The notes under the pieces: model-generated | Seen by the model: the letters and a program-made list of their open reading frames with translations, nothing else | Told to the model about the DNA's origin: nothing | Databases searched by the model: none | Position numbers and translations under genes: made by a program | Part shown: positions 58,424 to 64,000 of the stretch, piece after piece | How positions within the stretch are numbered: the stretch's first letter is position 1 | Layout of the letters: each line of letters begins with the position of its first letter | Assembly: GCA_963745025.1 (NCBI GenBank) | Contig: CAVUWD010000006.1 | Coordinates: 256,001-320,000, forward strand | Direction of reading: 5' to 3' | From: an uncultured delta proteobacterium | GTDB taxonomy: Bacteria > Desulfobacterota > Binatia > JACPRU01 | Length of the DNA: 64,000 bases

Positions 58424-61321
58424 CGGGCAACCGGTAGGCCTCCCGCGACGGCTTGAGCGGGCGTAGCAGCCAGTAGGGCCGCCGCGTGCCGTCCGGCGAG
58501 ACGCGCGCGGCGGGGCGCGTGATCTCGAGCCAGCGCCGGTAGACCTCGTGGGCCTTTTCCACGTCGACCGAGATGTCGCCGTACGAGTCTCCCGCTTCGG
58601 CGCGACGCACCCGCACGGCTTGATGCCAGCAATGCATCCCCGAGATCGGATCGGGATGAACCGGAAACGTCAGGTTCTGATGGACTCCCGCGTCCGTCCA
58701 CCAGATCCGCCGCGTATCGGCATCGGCGCTATCGTGCGGCTCGACGCCCGCCTTGCGCCGCAGCGCGAAGCGCTTGCCCTCGCGCGTGAACGCGACCGTG
58801 GCCATCATCTGCCGTTGCCCGTGCCTGTGCGGGTCGAGCTTCCAGCGACCCATGTGGTGACTGCAAGCGACGACGCCGGGGCGGATTCCCTCCGTGACCC
58901 AGGCCTTGACGACGAAGTAACCAATCTCGGTCTCGACGCGAACGAGCTCGCCGGTCGCCACGCCGAGCGGCGCCGCATCTTGCGGATGCATCCAAAGCGG
59001 GTTCGTGTGCGCGATCTCGTCGAGCCATTTGGCGTTGGCGCTCCGCGTATGGATCTGCACGGGCAGCCGGAAGGTCGGAACCAGCGCCATCTGCCCCGGC
59101 TCCAGCCTCTGGGGATGAATGTGGCTGCGGATGTACGTGGGCAGCGCGTACTCGGGCCAGCCCCAGCGATCGAGCGTGGAAGAGTAGAACTCCAGCCGGC
59201 CGCTCGGAGTCGGAAATCCCCGCAAAATCTTGCCGTCGATCTCGATGCCGACGAGGCGCCTCCCCTCCGCATCGGGATCGGGAGTCGGCAGCGGCACGAT
59301 GTTCGCCCCCGCCGGCTTCGCCGTCTTCGTGTAGACGCGGCCGAGGTCGTCGACGCGTACGTCGTCGAGCTCGCTCGCCGCGACTCCCTCCTCGTGCAGC
59401 GCGGCGATCTTCTTCTTCACTTCGAAGCTGCCGTAGCGCCGCATGTACTCGAGCGGCTTCAAGCCCTCCTGGCGGCGCGCTCCGGCAGACCCGGAATCGA
59501 GTTCTCGAAGAGAAAACCGTAGTACTCGTCGACGCCGAGCTTCGTGGCGGGTGTCTTCTTCGATTCGAAGTAGCGGCGAATTCCCATCTTCCCATCGGGG
59601 TCGATGCGCCAGGAAAGCTCGATCCAGAATTCGTTCTCTTCCCACACCTCGCCCGGGTTGATCTCGCGTGTGTCCGCGGGCGCCGGCTGTCCGAGCCGCT
59701 CGCGCGCGGCGCGCAAGACGGGCTGACGGAAGCCGAGCCACTGCGCATCGTGGGTCTCGTAGGAATGGAGGTCGTGCCGTTCGGAGGCGAGGCCCATGGG
59801 CAGCACGTAGTCCGCGAAATACGCCGTCTCGCTCCACGTCGGGCTGAGCGCCACGTGCAGGCCGACGAGCGTCTCGTCGGTGAGCACCTCGATCCAGGTG
59901 AAGCCGTCGGGGTTCGTCCACACCGGGTTGTAGACCCGCGAAAAGTACACCTCGAGCCGTCCGCGCCCGTCCTTCAAGAGATGCGGCAGCAACATCGACA
60001 TCTCGTTCATCGCCAGCGGATATTCGGCCGGCCAGTTGAGGTCGTTCCAGACCTGCGGATGCGCGGGCACGTGGATCGGGCGCGGCACGAACTTGTTGGC
60101 GACGTTCGGATGCGTCCCGCCCTCCGTGCCGATCGCGCCGAGCAGCGCATTCAGCAGGAAGAGCGTGCGCGAGACTTGCCAGCCGCCGAGATTGCCGGCC
60201 GCCGCGCTCCGCCAGCTGTGCGTCGCCAGGCGCGTGCGCGCGCGCGAGACGACGTCGGCGAGCTCGGCGATGGTCTTCGCATCGACCCCGGATTCCTCGG
60301 CGGCGAACTCGAACGTGTAGCTCTCGTAAAGTCGTGCGAGCTCGTGCTCGAAGCTCTCGAACGTCGGCTCTCGGTCGGGATGCTTCACGCGCATGTACTC
60401 GTGCCAGTTCCACCAGCGCCGCACGAACTCACGATCGTAGAGCCGGTGGTGGATCAGATGGCGGGCGATCGCCAGGAGGATCGCCGGCTCGGTCCCGGGA
60501 TACGGCGCGATCCAGTAGTCGGCGTGCGTGGCGGTGTTCGAGAGGCGCACGTCGAAGACGATGATCTTCGCGCCGCGCTTCTTCGCCTCGATGATCCGCT
60601 GCGCGTGGGGATTGAAGTAGTGTCCCGACTCGAGGTGCGCGCTGATCAGCACGATGACGTCGGCGTTCGCGTAGTCCGGGCTCGGCCGGTCGAGCCCCAT
60701 CCAGTAGTGATAGCCGGCGCGTCCGTTCGAGGAGCAGATGTTGGTGTGCGAGTTGTGGCCGTCGAGCCCCCATGCCGCGAGCACGCGCTCGGTGTAGCCG
60801 TCCTCGCCCGGCCGGCCGACGTGATAGACGACCTCGTTCCGCCTGTCCTCCTGGATCGCGCGACGGATGCGCCCGGCGATGTCGTCGAGCGCCTCGTCCC
60901 AGGAGACGCGCTGCCATTTCCCCTCTCCGCGCGCGCCGCTGCGCTTCAGAGGATGGAGGATGCGGTGTGGATCGTACACCTGGTTCAGCGTCGCCGGCCC
61001 CTTGGCGCAGTTGCGGCCGCGCGAGCCGGGATGCTCGGGATTGCCTTCGAATTTGCGGATCTCGAGGGACTCCTTGTCGACGTAGGCGAGAAGGCCGCAG
61101 GCCGACTCGCAGTTGAAGCACGTGGTCGGCACGAGCATGTAGCGGCGCTCGACGCGCTTCGGCCACGCGCGCGAATCGAGCTCGACCCAGTCGTCCCAGC
61201 GCTCTTTCGGGGGAAACGCCGCGAGATCGATCGCGCTCGGCCCCGGATAGTAGGTCTCGCCGCGAGCCTCCGTGGCGGGCTTTGCCGCCGACACGCGCGG
61301 ATTCCGTTTGGTCGTCTCCAA
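58404..61321 (-). CDS. Molybdopterin oxidoreductase catalytic subunit (Psr/Phs/Soe-like), frameshifted near 59470
   Basis: CFNCESAC...CAK 4Fe-4S motif and SHTNICS putative Cys ligand. The C-terminal domain (TPSGRLEFYS, QIHTRS) is in ORF 58404-60413. Confidence 0.85.
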
Positions 61322-61330
61322 CGTCGTCTC

Positions 61331-62876
61331 CTAAGCGAGCGGCACCGATTGGCCAGCCTGGACATACGCGTGCTCGTGGGCGAAGAGGCCGGCGAGCGCC
61401 AGCGGCGCGCTGAATTCGCCGAGCCACGGCGCGGCGACCGCGAGGCCGACGAGCGCTGCGCCGCCCCAGAAGAACGCCCGATACCGCCCGCCGGTCATCT
61501 CTTCGATCGCCAGGCGCGCGTGAGCCGTCGGATGGGTGAGCGTCACCTCACCGGCGACGAGCAGCAAGTGCGCGAGGCAGCTCGCCGCCAGAACGTCGGC
61601 GAGAGCACGGACGGCCTGCGCGTCGAGCCAGACGGCGAGCGGCAGCATCGCCGCCGAGCCGGCGAGCAGCGCCTGAACGAGGAAGTGCGGCGGGAGCAGC
61701 GGATTCTGCCACAGGTCGCGGGCTTTCGCCTGCGCGAACAGATACGCCGTGTAGACCGCGGTCAGGATGGCGAGCGGCAGTCCGGGCGCGACGAGGGCGC
61801 GCTGCCAGCGGGCGCTCGCCGCCGAGAAGCTCGAGAGGAAGTGCAGAGCCAAGACGGCCGTGTATCCGGCGATGATGAACGCGCCACGCACGAGCCAGCT
61901 TCGCCACTGCGGGCGCGCGAAGATCAGATAGAAGCGCTCCGGGTGGTCGAGGTCGGCGATGAGAATCACACCGGTGAAGGCGAGGAATGCCCCCGCGACG
62001 ACGGGAGCGGCGGAGCGCCAGAGCGGGCTCGAGTCGGCGAGCGTGCCGGCGAGGACCAGCAGCAAGGGCACCAGGTAGGCGCCGGACGCGATCCCCTTGG
62101 TCCACGTGTAGAGCGAAAGCCGCCAGTCCCAGGGGGCGCGATGGGGCACGTCGTAGGCGAGCACGGCGGCCGCCGAGCTGTTGGCGGCGCCCGGGTGGCC
62201 CGAGGTCACCTGATGCGGCAGCCGAGCCCTGCTCGCTCCACATGAAAATTCCGCCTTCGGGACGCCGGGCGGCGATCGGGTCGAGCGTCGCGTGGTGCGC
62301 TCCCTTGTAGAAGAGCTTTGGGCGCGTGTCCTTTTCGGGACGCCGCACCGCGAGCGCTTCGCGCCCGACCATCGCCGCGACCTTCGAACGCGGATCGTTC
62401 AAATCGCCGACGAGAATCGCTTCCACCGGACACACCACCACGCACGCCGGCTCGAGCCCGATGTCGATCCGCTGCGCGCAGAAGTTGCACTTCTCCGCGG
62501 CGTGGTCCTCAGGGTTGATGAAGATCGCGTCGTAGGGACAGGCCGCGATGCACGCCTTGCAGCCGATGCAGATCGATTTGTCGAAATCGACGATGCCGTC
62601 CGTCCGTTGGTACATCGCCGCCGTCGGACAAGCGTGCGTGCACGGCGGATCCTCGCACTGGTTGCAGCGCGTGACCTGAAACGCGCGGCGCACGTTGGGA
62701 AAGATGCCGACGTCGGCGTACTTCACGTAGGTGCGGTTCACGGAGAGCGGCACGCGGTTTTCCGACTTGCAGGCCGTGGAGCAGGCGTGGCAACCGATGC
62801 AGCGGCTGTGGTCGATGACTTTCGCCCAGCGCACCGGCGCCGTGGAAATCGCGGGGACGGCCGACTCAACCGTCAT
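61331..62876 (-). CDS. NrfC/PsrB-type 4Fe-4S dicluster protein, probably fused to an NrfD/PsrC membrane anchor, frameshifted near 62215
   Basis: CIGCHAC, CNQC, CIGCKAC and KCNFC in ORF 62897; the NrfD part (PWDW, DLDHPERF, SWLVRGA) is in ORF 61331-62209. Confidence 0.8.
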
Positions 62877-63918
62877 CGTGGGATCGTTCCACGGCAAACT
62901 TCTGATCGTTCCAGTCGAGCATTCCGCCCTTCAGATTGGCGACGTTCTCGAAACCGAGGCCGGTGAGGATCGCGGCCCCCGTCGTGCTGCGAACCCCTGC
63001 CCGGCAGACGACGATGATCGGTCGCTCCTTTTGCGGCTCGAGCTCGCCCGCCCGAGTCGGCAGATCCTTGAGAGGGATCAGCACGCTGCCGGGAATGTGA
63101 CCGAGCTCGCCGTTGAACTCCTCGGGCTCGCGGACGTCGAGCACGAGTGGCGACGAAGGCGACTCTAGCTCGGCTCTCACGTCCTGCGCGGTTCGTTGCC
63201 GCACCTTGTTGAGCTCGGCGAGGCTCGGGAAGCGCAGGCGATCGTCCTCGAGCGCGGTCTCGTTCGGCTGCAGCACCTCCTGGATCTTGTCCGGGAGCGG
63301 CAGTCCGAGGTTGTTCATGAGGTCGATGTAGGCCTCGCGGCTGCGCCCCGCGACGCGCGGGTTCGAGCGCTTCTCTTCGCCGATCGTCGACGAGGTGTTG
63401 CCCCGGTAATCGTGCGCCGGGAACACCAGCGTCTCGTCCGGCAGGCGGAACAGCTTTTCCTGGATCGCGTCGTACTGCGCACCCGGATCGCCGCCGGCGA
63501 AGTCGGAGCGCCCGGTTCCGCGGATCATCAGCGTGTCACCGGTGAGGACTCTGCCGCCGCAGTAGAGACTGATGCTGTCGGGCGTGTGGCCGGGGGTGTG
63601 GAGGACGCGGATCTCGACCTTGCCGACCGGGATCGTGTCGCCATCCTCGACGTGCCGATCGATGTGGGGAGCGGGCGCGCGCCGATGCATGACCGCCGTC
63701 GCGCCGACGAGCTCGCGAAGATCGAAGCTCGCCGTACGGTGATCCGCATGCGTGTGGGTGTCGATCACCGTGGCGAGCTTGAGACCCTCGTACGCGAGGA
63801 TCGCCAGATACCGCTCGAGCCGCTCCTTGACCGGGTCCACCAGAGCCGCCATGCGCGTCTCTTCGCAGGCAACCAGGTAGCTCTTGCACTTGCCGCGGTT
63901 CAGTTCGCGAAACAGCAT
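62866..63918 (-). CDS. Persulfide dioxygenase (ETHE1-like MBL) - rhodanese fusion
   Basis: DTHTHADH, TPGHT, GRSDF, PAHDY and STIGEEKRSNPR; C-terminal rhodanese DVREPEE/CRAGVRS. Confidence 0.88.
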   Translation of the reverse strand: MLFRELNRGKCKSYLVACEETRMAALVDPVKERLERYLAILAYEGLKLATVIDTHTHADHRTASFDLRELVGATAVMHRRAPAPHIDRHVEDGDTIPVGKVEIRVLHTPGHTPDSISLYCGGRVLTGDTLMIRGTGRSDFAGGDPGAQYDAIQEKLFRLPDETLVFPAHDYRGNTSSTIGEEKRSNPRVAGRSREAYIDLMNNLGLPLPDKIQEVLQPNETALEDDRLRFPSLAELNKVRQRTAQDVRAELESPSSPLVLDVREPEEFNGELGHIPGSVLIPLKDLPTRAGELEPQKERPIIVVCRAGVRSTTGAAILTGLGFENVANLKGGMLDWNDQKFAVERSHDDG

Positions 63919-64000
63919 GCTCTCTCCTGCGATTCGAAGCTGCGACCGCCGCTCGGGCATTGCAATCCGCGAGCGGCATGTTTATAGTGCATGAGTCTCT

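Overview
GC-rich bacterial chromosomal window of mostly core and metabolic genes. The gene content (hpnG/hpnH, ptsP, plant-type thrC, Ku/LigD, LLM, CaiB/BaiF) suggests a Candidatus Binatia/deltaproteobacterium-like organism; this is inference. About 55 CDS were called. No rRNA, tRNA, CRISPR array, prophage or transposase was recognised. Several genes (PBP1A, thrC, a lipoprotein, a Mo-enzyme, an NrfC-NrfD fusion) are split by frameshifts that look like assembly indels. Highlights: (1) a DsbA-like selenoprotein hidden as two ORFs, with UGA in a UxxC motif and a SECIS hairpin; (2) a ~240-bp MITE-like element with GTAA-type ends, an 8-bp target duplication and covarying hairpins, in 2 full and 2 partial copies; (3) an ExbB/ExbD motor operon whose TonB-like partner ends in a vWA domain and is paired with a large TPR protein; (4) a persulfide dioxygenase-rhodanese / NrfCD / Mo-enzyme / SulP sulfur operon; (5) a MerR-TPR gene coupled to Ku beside LigD; (6) a Cys-rich STAND nucleotide cyclase next to a peroxiredoxin-like gene; (7) a dispersed heptamer-palindrome (GGCTACR/YGTAGCC) repeat family. 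Start coordinates were adjusted by eye from the ORF track, and no database searches were run.
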